From positions 64,001 to 128,000 of IMG/VR virus record IMGVR_UViG_3300029745_000341: DNA of 64,000 nt; one strand, given 5' to 3'. A program made the position numbers and the translations under genes. Under the pieces are notes generated by a model, which had not been told where the DNA came from, searched no databases, and saw only the letters and a list, made by a program, of their open reading frames with translations. The stretch comes from a virus (lineage: Duplodnaviria; Heunggongvirae; Uroviricota; Caudoviricetes). This document shows positions 19,066 through 29,300 of the stretch, piece by piece; position 1 is the first letter of the stretch, and each line of letters opens with the position of its first letter.

Positions 19066-19527
19066 TCAAACAAATACAAAGAAAGAGTCATTAGAATAAA
19101 GACTGGTATCCTTTGCATATGTCATACAATCAACATCCTCATCTGCATTTTGTATAAGGTTTCTCTTGCCATCATAATTATTAGAAAACATAAAAACATA
19201 TTTTCTATTGTTTATCTGAAACCTATATATAATGCCATGTTGTTTACTTGGAGCAGGAGTTGGATTAAATTTGATAAATATAGCATTACTTCTCCTTTCT
19301 ATAACCTCAAAAGAAACTATACTCTGAGTATGAATGTTAAAACATGACCCTTGCCTAAGCTGATTCAATACATTATTAACCTTATCTGGGCTAACTGTAT
19401 CGGATTCATCTTTACTCATTAAATCAAGCACCTCAAAATAAGTATCATGATCGGTATCAATTTCAACACAATGATAAATGGCTTCATTACCAGATCTCTG
19501 TTCCTTAAAATATCTTCTCCTACTCAT
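19066..19527 (-). CDS. Hypothetical protein (MSRRRYF N-terminus)
   Basis: 153-aa ORF overlapping the upstream stop. Confidence 0.55.
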   Translation of the reverse strand: MSRRRYFKEQRSGNEAIYHCVEIDTDHDTYFEVLDLMSKDESDTVSPDKVNNVLNQLRQGSCFNIHTQSIVSFEVIERRSNAIFIKFNPTPAPSKQHGIIYRFQINNRKYVFMFSNNYDGKRNLIQNADEDVDCMTYAKDTSLYSNDSFFVFV

Positions 19528-19981
19528 AAAAATACTCCTTCCGATAATAACCGAGGAAACTAAACCCTTCCGACTCCTTCCTCAAAACATCATGCCGATT
19601 CCAATACTTTTCTAAGTCGAAAGCCTCTCTTTCGAATACGATATTATGATATGCCTTATCATGATCGCGATATATGCACAACCTAATCAGGTACTCAATT
19701 AAATACCATGCATAATATAAAAATATCGGAATAAGAGATAGCCACAGCATCCACCATCCTACATTACCGAATAAGAGACACAATCCTATTGTAAGCAATG
19801 ATATAAACATACCAAAACAAAACATTGTATGATACTGATTGCAATGTGCCTCCTCATGATATTCGGCTCTCAATGATATACTATCACGTTCGGTAAATAC
19901 GGCTCCAAATAACATAATTGTTTTGTAGCCGTCAATGAACGTAAATAACTTAGCTATTTTTGATTTATAATATATTTTCAT
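19520..19981 (-). CDS. Membrane protein with HEEAH motif
   Basis: Two hydrophobic helices, HEEAHCNQY and FEREAF (Zn-peptidase-like). Confidence 0.55.
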   Translation of the reverse strand: MKIYYKSKIAKLFTFIDGYKTIMLFGAVFTERDSISLRAEYHEEAHCNQYHTMFCFGMFISLLTIGLCLLFGNVGWWMLWLSLIPIFLYYAWYLIEYLIRLCIYRDHDKAYHNIVFEREAFDLEKYWNRHDVLRKESEGFSFLGYYRKEYFYE

Positions 19982-21095
19982 TGCTAAAAAATATTTTATA
20001 CCAATTGCATAAAGTCAAAAACTCAATAGGAGAATTAACTTCATCCCATTCCCATTCCTTAAGGTAGGACTCTAAGCTGCTTCTATCAACGTCTTCACAT
20101 CCATGAAGAAAAACCAGATGAGGCATAAATAGCTCTCCCCCTTCCAAAGACTTGTTAAACTTATTAACCAGCCTCTTTCTAAACTTAGGACCGTACCATG
20201 ATTTTTCATTTGTAGATCCAAGACAATAGTAAGAATTGTTTTTAACCTTAATACCAAACCATTTACATACGTATGGATGATATACTCTATCTGCTAAGAA
20301 TATAAATGGCTTATACCATAGGCAATGCCAGAATGTACTGCACTCGCCTCCGAACTTCTTAAAAGCCCATCTGAACCCTCCAGAGAAGTACCAGTTGTTA
20401 GCACCTCTCTTAACCTTAACTTTGTATTTAAGATTCTTGTTACGGTTGCTAACCCTATCCCACGGCTTGACCTTATCGGTATCCATATCAGGAAGGAATG
20501 TCCAATGATGAAGCAAGGCACTGTAATAAGGATTGTATATCTTGTGTCTGTTTCTAATAACATACTCAAAAATATCGTATCCTGCTTGCCTGGCTTCTTC
20601 AAATCCTTTTTCTGACAAGAAAGCTAATATAGGAGCCAGATTCCAGATCTGATCTTGTGAAGTGAATGGGGAGAAGCATGGATCTTCGTCTTTCAACTCT
20701 ATACCATTAGTGTACCCGGAACTTATCTTGGTAAGACCGAATTTGCTTGCATCTTTGCTATGGATATCGTCTCTTAAAAAAAATCCTTTTTCGAATTTGA
20801 AATAAATACCTTTATTGCTATTAAAAAATAGATCATAAGTAGTATCGGCAAGACGAGTAAGCACCAGTATCGCATTACGAACATCATCTTCTGTCTTGTT
20901 ACCAAGAATCATTTCCGTATATACAAACTGAAGATACTGGGCCAGGTTAATGGTTCCGTCGCCGACCCAGCCTACCCTGTTCTTCACCGACGACAGTGGG
21001 ATGCACGAGGCCTGCTCTGTGTAGCTGGAATCATAAACGAAATCCCTATAGAAGACTTCTTTTATCTTATCGTATTTACTCCACAGATCTTCCAT
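19965..21095 (-). CDS. Hypothetical protein
   Basis: 376-aa ORF packed in the operon. Confidence 0.6.
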   Translation of the reverse strand: MEDLWSKYDKIKEVFYRDFVYDSSYTEQASCIPLSSVKNRVGWVGDGTINLAQYLQFVYTEMILGNKTEDDVRNAILVLTRLADTTYDLFFNSNKGIYFKFEKGFFLRDDIHSKDASKFGLTKISSGYTNGIELKDEDPCFSPFTSQDQIWNLAPILAFLSEKGFEEARQAGYDIFEYVIRNRHKIYNPYYSALLHHWTFLPDMDTDKVKPWDRVSNRNKNLKYKVKVKRGANNWYFSGGFRWAFKKFGGECSTFWHCLWYKPFIFLADRVYHPYVCKWFGIKVKNNSYYCLGSTNEKSWYGPKFRKRLVNKFNKSLEGGELFMPHLVFLHGCEDVDRSSLESYLKEWEWDEVNSPIEFLTLCNWYKIFFSNENIL

Positions 21096-21099
21096 GCCA

Positions 21100-21999
21100 T
21101 TACCCTATTACGATTACACAATCTCGTTTTTCTTTATTGTAGACCATCGTACCCATCTTAGTGTACAAACCTTTTATATTTTGGTAATTGGTTTCACCAT
21201 GAGCCAAAACGTTGGTAGTGATACTGTCGGAGTAAACTTCTTCGCCGCCTTCGTTAATGAAGTTAAATCCTTGTTTAACCATCTCTCCTCCGAGGTAGGC
21301 TGTAAAAGACACAACGACATTTCCTCGCCCTCTATTTCCATACCAATTACCATAGATATCAGCATTGATATTAGGCTCCGACTCGTCCATGCCCGGCGCT
21401 GATAGCAAGGTCTTCATCTTAATAAGTGCCCCTTCGAGTCCTGACTGCATGTTATCACCACCATAAATAAGGTAATCACCTACCTGTTGTTGGGTAGTAG
21501 CCCACTGCTTACTCCATCCAACGTATTTATTATCTACATCCGAGATGCCTGTATTGGTGAACCCAGTTGCAGTATCAAAATCAGAACCGTCTTCTGATTC
21601 CCATCCGTATCTAAGAACAAGATAATCGAACTCAGGAATTACAACGACCTGCTCGCCGGCAGCTTGTGTGATTGTAACACTCTTACTCTCTCCACCAGCC
21701 GTTACCTTAGCTACGCCTCTACGATCTTCAGCTACCGGATTAGGGCCGGCTGTGAAAATGATGTTTGCCGGTCCTACGCCTCTCATTTTGTCGGCAGTTA
21801 CTATTTCGCTTGCACTAACTTCTAACATTTTGTTTATTTTTTTTAATATTTCGAATACGTATATCCAACTCGACAAAAATACTATTGGGCAGTACATTGT
21901 CTCTACCAAACTTGCATCTCCTTTAAATTGCCTGATTGACCAAACAATCATAGATGCAATAACGCCAGACAAGTATATAAATAAAACTACCTCAATCAT
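21100..21999 (-). CDS. BACON-like domain protein; the first ~55 codons may be a separate small membrane ORF
   Basis: FTAGPNPVAEDRRGVAKVTAGGESKSVTITQAA is BACON-like. Internal ATG at 21828 follows an A8 run. Confidence 0.6.
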   Translation of the reverse strand: MIEVVLFIYLSGVIASMIVWSIRQFKGDASLVETMYCPIVFLSSWIYVFEILKKINKMLEVSASEIVTADKMRGVGPANIIFTAGPNPVAEDRRGVAKVTAGGESKSVTITQAAGEQVVVIPEFDYLVLRYGWESEDGSDFDTATGFTNTGISDVDNKYVGWSKQWATTQQQVGDYLIYGGDNMQSGLEGALIKMKTLLSAPGMDESEPNINADIYGNWYGNRGRGNVVVSFTAYLGGEMVKQGFNFINEGGEEVYSDSITTNVLAHGETNYQNIKGLYTKMGTMVYNKEKRDCVIVIG

Positions 22000-22892
22000 A
22001 CCATTTTAAGTATATCGTCAATAACTGGATACGCCTTAGTATATATCTCAAACTCAGCACGGCGCCGTCTAAGAGGTTCGTACATGCCTTTCAATGTCAT
22101 ACCCATCATCTTAAGTTCGGTCTTAGCATTTTTCAGCTTAACCAAATCTTGCTGTGCATACAACTTAAATAAATCGGCAGCACCTTGTGCTTCTCCATTA
22201 TACATCAGTTCCTCAAAGAATCTCATCTTTACAAAATTATCTACATAATCCAAAACCAGGCCTTGAGGCGTATCTGGTATAATTATATTAGATTCTCCGT
22301 CAAAGGGAAGAGACCGATACTGCATGTAAATAGGTCCATCGAAATTAGCATACAGGAATCCGTTTACGATATTTATCTCATACGGACTATCCTTTATTGC
22401 TTTATTCCGGCATCTACTCAAACAAGAATCACGAAGCATAGGCTTAGCAAGACCTAACATTACCGGCCGGTCATAATAGCAACGAACTTCATGATCGCGA
22501 TCATGAACATTGATATAAAATTTTTCAACTATCACTTTCTCGCATTCGTCTTTACAACATTCATCGCAAGAACACCACCTATAACTTCTTTCGGTACGTT
22601 CTTTCCAGGCTATTGTATTTTGAAGTTCTGGTATCACCGTATCACCTTCCGGCACCTCATATCCTTTAAAATCGCATTTAAAAGCCAGAATAAGATCAAA
22701 GTAATCACCAGGCATACGGGCCTGCCCTCGCTTGACATCCACTACCGCTTCTTTGCGCATAGTAATATCGCCTCCAAACTTCTTCAGGGCAATTTCTACC
22801 CATTTGTAGATGGATACCTCATCTATCAGATCACGCTTGTCAAATGATCTTAAAGACGATTTTAACTCTATGATATAATTTTCGACTGTCAT
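21996..22892 (-). CDS. Putative tail ring/tubular structural protein
   Basis: 298 aa with own promoter motif at 22933-22942. Resemblance to crAss-like ring proteins is by eye only. Confidence 0.45.
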   Translation of the reverse strand: MTVENYIIELKSSLRSFDKRDLIDEVSIYKWVEIALKKFGGDITMRKEAVVDVKRGQARMPGDYFDLILAFKCDFKGYEVPEGDTVIPELQNTIAWKERTERSYRWCSCDECCKDECEKVIVEKFYINVHDRDHEVRCYYDRPVMLGLAKPMLRDSCLSRCRNKAIKDSPYEINIVNGFLYANFDGPIYMQYRSLPFDGESNIIIPDTPQGLVLDYVDNFVKMRFFEELMYNGEAQGAADLFKLYAQQDLVKLKNAKTELKMMGMTLKGMYEPLRRRRAEFEIYTKAYPVIDDILKMV

Positions 22893-22975
22893 CTCTTAAA
22901 AAAAATGGAGGACAGGAAACAAACCTGACCTCCACAAAGATATGAATAATATAACTAACATCCTATTTTGAAGAT

Positions 22976-23929
22976 TCAAAAGTTATGGCCTTCAAACTTG
23001 CCATAGTTTAGAAACGTATTTCTACATTTCCCTTTTATACCATTAAGTGTAACTTCATATCCGGCTCCTGTCATGTAGATGGTTTGCTGATTAACTCTTT
23101 CCCCGGAATATTTGTCAACAAAATATGATCTGTAAACACCAAACTTATTTTTGACAATATCACTGTACAGCTCCCATCTACCCTGCCCATTTCTGAACAT
23201 GAACTTGACTTCCTCAAGAAACAAACGAAGATTCTTTTCTGCGATGATGATTCCATTCTGCTCAAGCTTCTTCGCCACATCTCTGATTAGCCACATATTT
23301 TCATGATCAACCTTCTTAAATGACTCTGCAAACTCCACATCGGGACGCTGCTCTTCTATGGTCTTAATCGCCTGCTGTCTCTCCGCCTCTGCTTGTGCTC
23401 TCTCGGCTATGGCTCTATTCTTAGCATCAATCTCATCAGCTAATGCTCTTAATGCAGATGGATAGTCTTTCGGTGTTATAGAATAGGAACCGGTTTTTCT
23501 TATAGAGGGTAGGACTTCAGATGTTACCCATTTCTTGAATTTTTTAGCAAAATCCATCTTTGATCCAAAAATTAGGCTATACAGTCCAGACTCATTGATT
23601 ATCAGTATTTTAGTGTTTGGAGTGTAGGGACGGAACGTTTCGTTCCACCCTTGAGTATCAGGTACTTTCATTATTAGTCTATCATCTTCATCAACGTGAT
23701 CCCTTATCGCTTTTCTCGGATTAGTGTACCCTAAAAATGAAGCTATAGGAGATCCTATAAAATACGGTTCTTCGTCAATAATAATAATTTTTAGCTCTCC
23801 AAAATCTGAATTTTTGAAAGATGATACGGTTTTAACCTCTTTGCTAAATTCCATTTCGTTGGATTCCGACGTCAAAATAATGTTACTGTTCTTCGCATTG
23901 TTTTGAAAATTGCTTACATTTGTTCCCAT
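22976..23929 (-). CDS. BRO-N / KilA-C (ANT) antirepressor-family protein
   Basis: FKNSDFGEL...LGYTNPRKAIRDHV...INESGLYSLIFGS...FKKWVTSEVLPSIRKTGSY, then PKDYPSALRALAD...LIRDVAK...MTGAG. Confidence 0.9.
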   Translation of the reverse strand: MGTNVSNFQNNAKNSNIILTSESNEMEFSKEVKTVSSFKNSDFGELKIIIIDEEPYFIGSPIASFLGYTNPRKAIRDHVDEDDRLIMKVPDTQGWNETFRPYTPNTKILIINESGLYSLIFGSKMDFAKKFKKWVTSEVLPSIRKTGSYSITPKDYPSALRALADEIDAKNRAIAERAQAEAERQQAIKTIEEQRPDVEFAESFKKVDHENMWLIRDVAKKLEQNGIIIAEKNLRLFLEEVKFMFRNGQGRWELYSDIVKNKFGVYRSYFVDKYSGERVNQQTIYMTGAGYEVTLNGIKGKCRNTFLNYGKFEGHNF

Positions 23930-24031
23930 AATAGGAATTTTACTTTTTATATCCGCCAGCCTGAGAAGGTAGACGGATATGCAAATATAGCGATTAACCT
24001 ATATCAATAAAGGGTAATCGCTATATTTTTT

Positions 24032-24526
24032 TTACATGTTCCTATGATTGAGTTCTCGATCTTCGAAAACTCTCTTAATCTGGAAATCTTTAAACACTCT
24101 TCTTTTAGCAAGTATTTCATTATACATAAATCGGTATCTTCGTCCTTTATTCATTTTAACCCTTAACTTCTTTTTCAAGCTATCTTGTATTACAAAATGG
24201 TAATATCTTTTAGAGTCTGCGAAATCCATAGCCAGGTGGTTGTAGAGGTAGCCGTTGGTTCCGAGCCTGCTCACGATGTCCAGGTCCCGCCTGACGGCAA
24301 AGCGCTGCCCCGGTATAAGTACATGGCATAAGTATCCTACGTTATCTACGTAAACACCGGCATCAGCTTCCACATAATGTTCTGATACGGTTTTCCATAT
24401 AATAGACAACAGCCTTAAAACCTCCCCTCTGTCTCTTATCATGCCTTTCTTAAAACCATTCTTTCTCTTCATAAGACGATGGTAGTAAGCTGCAAAATAC
24501 GGTGATTGTATTGATGTTCTTTTCAT
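24032..24526 (-). CDS. Basic protein, possibly HU/IHF-like
   Basis: Very basic. Helix then GVYVDNVGYL loosely resembles the HU/IHF core. Confidence 0.4.
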   Translation of the reverse strand: MKRTSIQSPYFAAYYHRLMKRKNGFKKGMIRDRGEVLRLLSIIWKTVSEHYVEADAGVYVDNVGYLCHVLIPGQRFAVRRDLDIVSRLGTNGYLYNHLAMDFADSKRYYHFVIQDSLKKKLRVKMNKGRRYRFMYNEILAKRRVFKDFQIKRVFEDRELNHRNM

Positions 24527-24597
24527 GTCACTAAGTTTATATAAAAATGGGTCTTGGTTTTACAACTAAGACCCAAATAAAGATAAATAATATTTTG

Positions 24598-25302
24598 TTA
24601 TTGAACAATTTGACTTTTCTGATTGGAATCAAGATTCGGATTTTCATCGACAGGAATCTGTAGCCTGAATGCTACTTCCTTTATCGTCTCTGCCACTACA
24701 TATTCGATCAATTTAATAGGGCAGATAAATTCGTATTCCCATTCAGACTCACACCCTTTAGGTGTAGGATCGCAGGCCATTAACTCCAGCGCCTTCTTTC
24801 TTCTTGTTGTAAAGAACTCTACGTTAATAAGCTCTATATGAAAATCCGGTATATAAATATAGTCGTTTTCTACATAATAAAAAGGACGCCGTTCTTTAAC
24901 GTATTTAGCATACGGTCTTTTTTGTTCATTACGATACGACTTTATTTCAGCGAACTTAAAAAATATGGTGTTATCTACGTTAGTCACCTTGGTAATAGCC
25001 GGTCTAAGGGCAGAATAAAGAAGTCCTGGAAGTTTATGCTTTGACCGCATAAGTGTATTACATAACGCAAATTCGGCATCGCAGCAAACTATTTTATCAA
25101 CTTCAATCATCTCCAGGCAAGTAACGTAAGTTAGGAGCCGGCGGTCGCCAAATAACGTCCCGTCATCCCACCTCTGGGCTGTATAAGATTCGGCTTTAGT
25201 TCTACCGATATTCAATATCCATCTCCGACTAACATGCGAATCTTTGTCAAGGGCATGAATACCGTTTACGACTCTTGATACAAATTCACCATTAGTGATC
25301 AT
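24598..25302 (-). CDS. Putative tail ring structural protein
   Basis: 234 aa. Resemblance to crAss-like ring proteins by eye and context. Confidence 0.45.
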   Translation of the reverse strand: MITNGEFVSRVVNGIHALDKDSHVSRRWILNIGRTKAESYTAQRWDDGTLFGDRRLLTYVTCLEMIEVDKIVCCDAEFALCNTLMRSKHKLPGLLYSALRPAITKVTNVDNTIFFKFAEIKSYRNEQKRPYAKYVKERRPFYYVENDYIYIPDFHIELINVEFFTTRRKKALELMACDPTPKGCESEWEYEFICPIKLIEYVVAETIKEVAFRLQIPVDENPNLDSNQKSQIVQ

Positions 25303-25688
25303 GCTCCCCTCCTTTCTTTTGCTCTTGATTCTCTTGATTTAGCATTCAAGATCCTCATATAAATATCTCTTTCACTCATGCCGGATATGGTTTTTATAGC
25401 CTCATCCAACATAACTTTCGTATATAAAGGTTTAGGGAATCCCTTTATCTTAACCGGATCAGGAACTAACTTCGCCTTCCGATATTCATAAAATCTTTTA
25501 GAAATTACATTAAGATAAGAAACAGCCTCTTCTCCGGTATAGTACTTAGCCGGATTAGCAAGCTGCGTCCATGTCTCAAGATCGTTGGCTGTGAGATGAT
25601 CGCATTCCCCGCTTAAAAACATCTCCTTTATCTTATCGCATACCGCCGCACCGCTTTTACGCAGCGTCTCTGTCAGAATTTCTTTCAT
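25299..25688 (-). CDS. Putative HTH DNA-binding protein
   Basis: YYTGEEAVSYLNVISKRFYEYRKAKLVP is an excisionase/MerR-like HTH pattern. Confidence 0.6.
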   Translation of the reverse strand: MKEILTETLRKSGAAVCDKIKEMFLSGECDHLTANDLETWTQLANPAKYYTGEEAVSYLNVISKRFYEYRKAKLVPDPVKIKGFPKPLYTKVMLDEAIKTISGMSERDIYMRILNAKSRESRAKERRGA

Positions 25689-26073
25689 TTTCAAAACATC
25701 CTGTTTTAAATCTTAAAACAATAGGGGCAATGATTATCAGAAGAGTAACAGCCATAACAGACCACACTACGATATTGTGTTCAATAGGCATCTCAATATT
25801 AACCGTAACCCATTCTACACAGATATTAAAAATCATGCTATAGATCAATAACCTATGCCATATACAAAACCTGAACATTCTTGAAAAAGCCAAGAGAAAT
25901 AGGTCCCATGATAGAGAATGACCTAATATCGGATACAGCCAATTAGTGATACTAAAAGGATAAAACTCATCAAAAATGCTGGCTAACATAATAACCTGCA
26001 TCAACACAGGATAATACTTCACAAACGTCACACAGACATTCCTTTGCCCTTTACTAATAAAATTGTTGCTCAT
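25657..26073 (-). CDS. Small multi-pass membrane protein
   Basis: 138 aa with about four hydrophobic segments. Confidence 0.6.
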   Translation of the reverse strand: MSNNFISKGQRNVCVTFVKYYPVLMQVIMLASIFDEFYPFSITNWLYPILGHSLSWDLFLLAFSRMFRFCIWHRLLIYSMIFNICVEWVTVNIEMPIEHNIVVWSVMAVTLLIIIAPIVLRFKTGCFENERNSDRDAA

Positions 26074-26096
26074 AATATGTTGTTGTTATGTTACTA

Positions 26097-26125
26097 AAAT
26101 GGGGAAGGTGATCAGCACCTTCCCC
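26097..26125 (-). terminator. Intrinsic terminator
   Basis: GGGGAAGGTG/CACCTTCCCC stem with an A-run on the + side (U-tract on minus). Confidence 0.7.
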
Positions 26126-26135
26126 TGGTTTTCAA

Positions 26136-26258
26136 TCACTTTTTAGTGCTCGTCTTCTTTCTTTTCATCTTGCCTCCAACACTACCGCCTTAGCGCATTT
26201 TAGGTTTGTCTTTCTTATCGACTTCACCACCCTGACGAGCTTTCTTTTTACAAGCCAT
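26136..26258 (-). pseudogene. Small Lys-rich ORF with one in-frame TAA
   Basis: Reads MACKKKARQGGEVDKKDKPKMR*GGSVGGKMKRKKTSTKK*. TAA at 26190-26192 sits where the repeat predicts Gln (CAA). Followed by a terminator. Confidence 0.6.
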
Positions 26259-26347
26259 GATACTAAAAATTTAAAATTGAATGATGTGCAATATTAATCA
26301 TTTTTATTCTAATAGACAATACTTAAAACACAATATTATAATCCAGC

Positions 26348-26394
26348 ATAATTAGCAAGGGGAGGGAATTTAGTTCTCTCCCCTTGCTAATTAT
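26348..26394 (-). terminator. Strong hairpin after the DUF5977/BACON gene
   Basis: ATAATTAGCAAGGGGAG...CTCCCCTTGCTAATTAT. Confidence 0.65.
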
Positions 26395-29300
26395 GCTGGA
26401 TTAAGATCCATTTGAGAATAAGCGTATTTCAAAGTACCATTTTCATCACCACACTCAGCTCCATCTACGATAAAGTTGTAAGAAGCAGGAGATTCATTAT
26501 ATACATTGAAAACACCACCTTTCTTGGAGATATTTTGTTTTTCATACTTCCTAACAGTAGCGGTCTTATACACTTTGCCTTCGTAAGACACGTTTATAGT
26601 TCGTATATACCATGTAGTATCTCCATTCTCATCTCCAGAATGAACATATCCTGCCAATATACCACCCATTACAGCCCCGAAATACGAACAAGAGCTTCCG
26701 GATTGTTTTCTCTGGGTTGTTGTTCCGATGCTTATAGTAGCTCCAGATATCTCACGATAATCAGCATCCACCACCTTAATATCACAGGTGTAGATTCGGA
26801 TATTTTCATTTTCATCACCAGTCCATTCGAATCCGGCAATACACTTACCGGCGCCAGGATTATAAGAAACATTATCCCTCCTATATGTAGCCCAAGAGCC
26901 GTTTTTCAATGTAATATGCGCCGGAACAGGTTTAGCCTCTGCCTTTCCTTCTTGGTTGACTGTTATGTTAACAGTCTTCCCAGACTCATTTTGCTTCAAT
27001 GTCACAGTGCCACTTCTGGAAGATGAAGAGCTGTTTGCGGATGAGATTATTACAAATGAATAATCATAACCTGACAAAACAGGACAACTTACTCCTGATG
27101 GTTTTTCTGTAACTTCTGTAACCCAACTTGGCTTAGATGATACAGTGTATCCTATCTTACTTCCATTCTTTTTACTTTTTAATTGAATACATAAATATGA
27201 GTTATTTGCACCTCCATTTGCATCGGCATTCCAAGTGCTTTGGTTGGCACTAAACTCATAAGTGGCAGCAACAGCCTGTGTAATGTTAACGTTAACAGTT
27301 TTCCCTGATTCATTTTGGACGAAAGTAATAGTACCGGAACGAGAAGAAGAGGAAGAGTTAGCTGTCATAGTAATTTTAGCAAGCATACTCGTAGATGTCT
27401 GGTCTCTATAATCTACAGAACACCAATCAGGTTTAGATTGCACACTATATCCAATATACGATCCACTTTTGGTACTTGTAATAGTATATTGTATAGTTTG
27501 TGCTTCACCTGATCCAGACCATACTTTACCAGTTGTTCCATCTACAAACTCAAAGACATATGGCGCATATCCGCATTTTCCAACTTCATATTCGTATTTG
27601 TAGTCGGCATTACCACAATCATCATAACGAACGTATTTAACTTGATCATTCTTACATCCATTTTCTTGCCAAGAACCGTAAGATCCGCAATTACAGCAAT
27701 TCCTACAACTTACAGAATATTGACGATCTATGCTACCAGAGCAGCTATCACGATAAGCATCATACTGAGTATGACCTACGCAATCTCCTGTTCCGTAATA
27801 AGACCAGTCTGTACAAGATTCTCCACCTCCATTAACCCATCTTGTGTTGTTGTAAGAAGAAGAACATGGATTGGTGTCACGTTGTTGCTTCTGAGACGTA
27901 CAACCGTCGCAACGGGTGCTTCCGGTATCAGACCAAGAAGGTGTTGTGCTATCAGCTACGCAATCACCGTTTTTGTTAGCTACTGCCTGACCTTGGGAAT
28001 TTACAGCATCTTGAGCCTTCTTATTAGCATCAGCTTGACTGATATTGGACGTAAATGGACCACCTACTTGGTCCTGGGTTACGGTAACAGACGAACCATG
28101 CTGACAGCTTCCGCAATTGTTTCTGGTGAAGACCTTACTTGCCTTACCGGTCCAAGTACAAGTTCCCTGCGCGTCAGCAAGAGCCTGACCCTGCTGTTCG
28201 ACGGCAGCCTGAGCCTTGCTATTTGCGTCTTCCTGACTTACGGTAGACGTAAAAGGACCGCCGGTTACATCATCCTGATCTATGGTAACCTTAGATCCGA
28301 CACCGCCGTCAGCACACTGTTTTGTAAATTCCTTGCTATATGTTCCGGTCCAGGTACATACCTTATCTCCACCTTCTACCCAACGTTCATTTTCTCCACC
28401 ATAGCATTCGTTGGTATTAACCTGTTTTTTATAGGATTTACCACCTTCGCATTTGGTTTCAAGTGGTTCCGAATCTTCCCATACAGGATCGGTGTTATCT
28501 GTTTCACATGTTCCGTTCTTGTTAACATAAGCCTGGCCTTGGGCTTCTACGGCTTCCTGAGCTAATCTATTTGCTTCTTCCTGGCTTTCATTAGAATAGA
28601 ACGGTCCACCTACCATGTCTTGTGTTACGCTCATCGGAACACCATGCTGACATGATCCGCAATTGTCTTTTGTAAACTGCTTGCTATATACGCCTACGAA
28701 CCTACATTTACCTTTTTGGTTAGCAATAGCCTGTCCTTGAGCTTTAACAGCTTCCTTAGCCTTATTATCAGCATCCTCTTGACTTACGAAAGAAGTAAAA
28801 GGATTGCCTTCAACATCAGCTTCACTTACCTCTACTTCCGTTCCTGAATCTGGTATCTCACAGTCGTTCTTCTGGAACGTTTCTGTGTAATGACCGGTCC
28901 AGCTACAGACCTTATTCCCGCCATCTACCCAACGTTCTTGATTGTGAGTTTCAGAACATTCGTTAGTATCACGTTGCTTTTTCTGAGACTTACCTTCATT
29001 ACATCTAAGTTCTTCAGGAACAACGTCTTCCCATACAGGATCGGTGCTAAGTGGCGTACAGTTACCGTTTTTATTAACATAAGCCTGGCCTCCTTCTTCT
29101 ACGATCCTACGAGCTTCTGCGTCTGCCGCCTCCTGGCTTTCTGTAGACGTAACAGGACTACCGTTAACCATTTCGGCCGTAACTTCCATTTCTACGCCCT
29201 TATGACAAGCTTCACATTCAGGGACGAATTTCTTGCTGTAATGACCGGCATAGACCGTCATATTCTCGCAATTACCCTTACTGTTAGCAATAGCCTGTCC

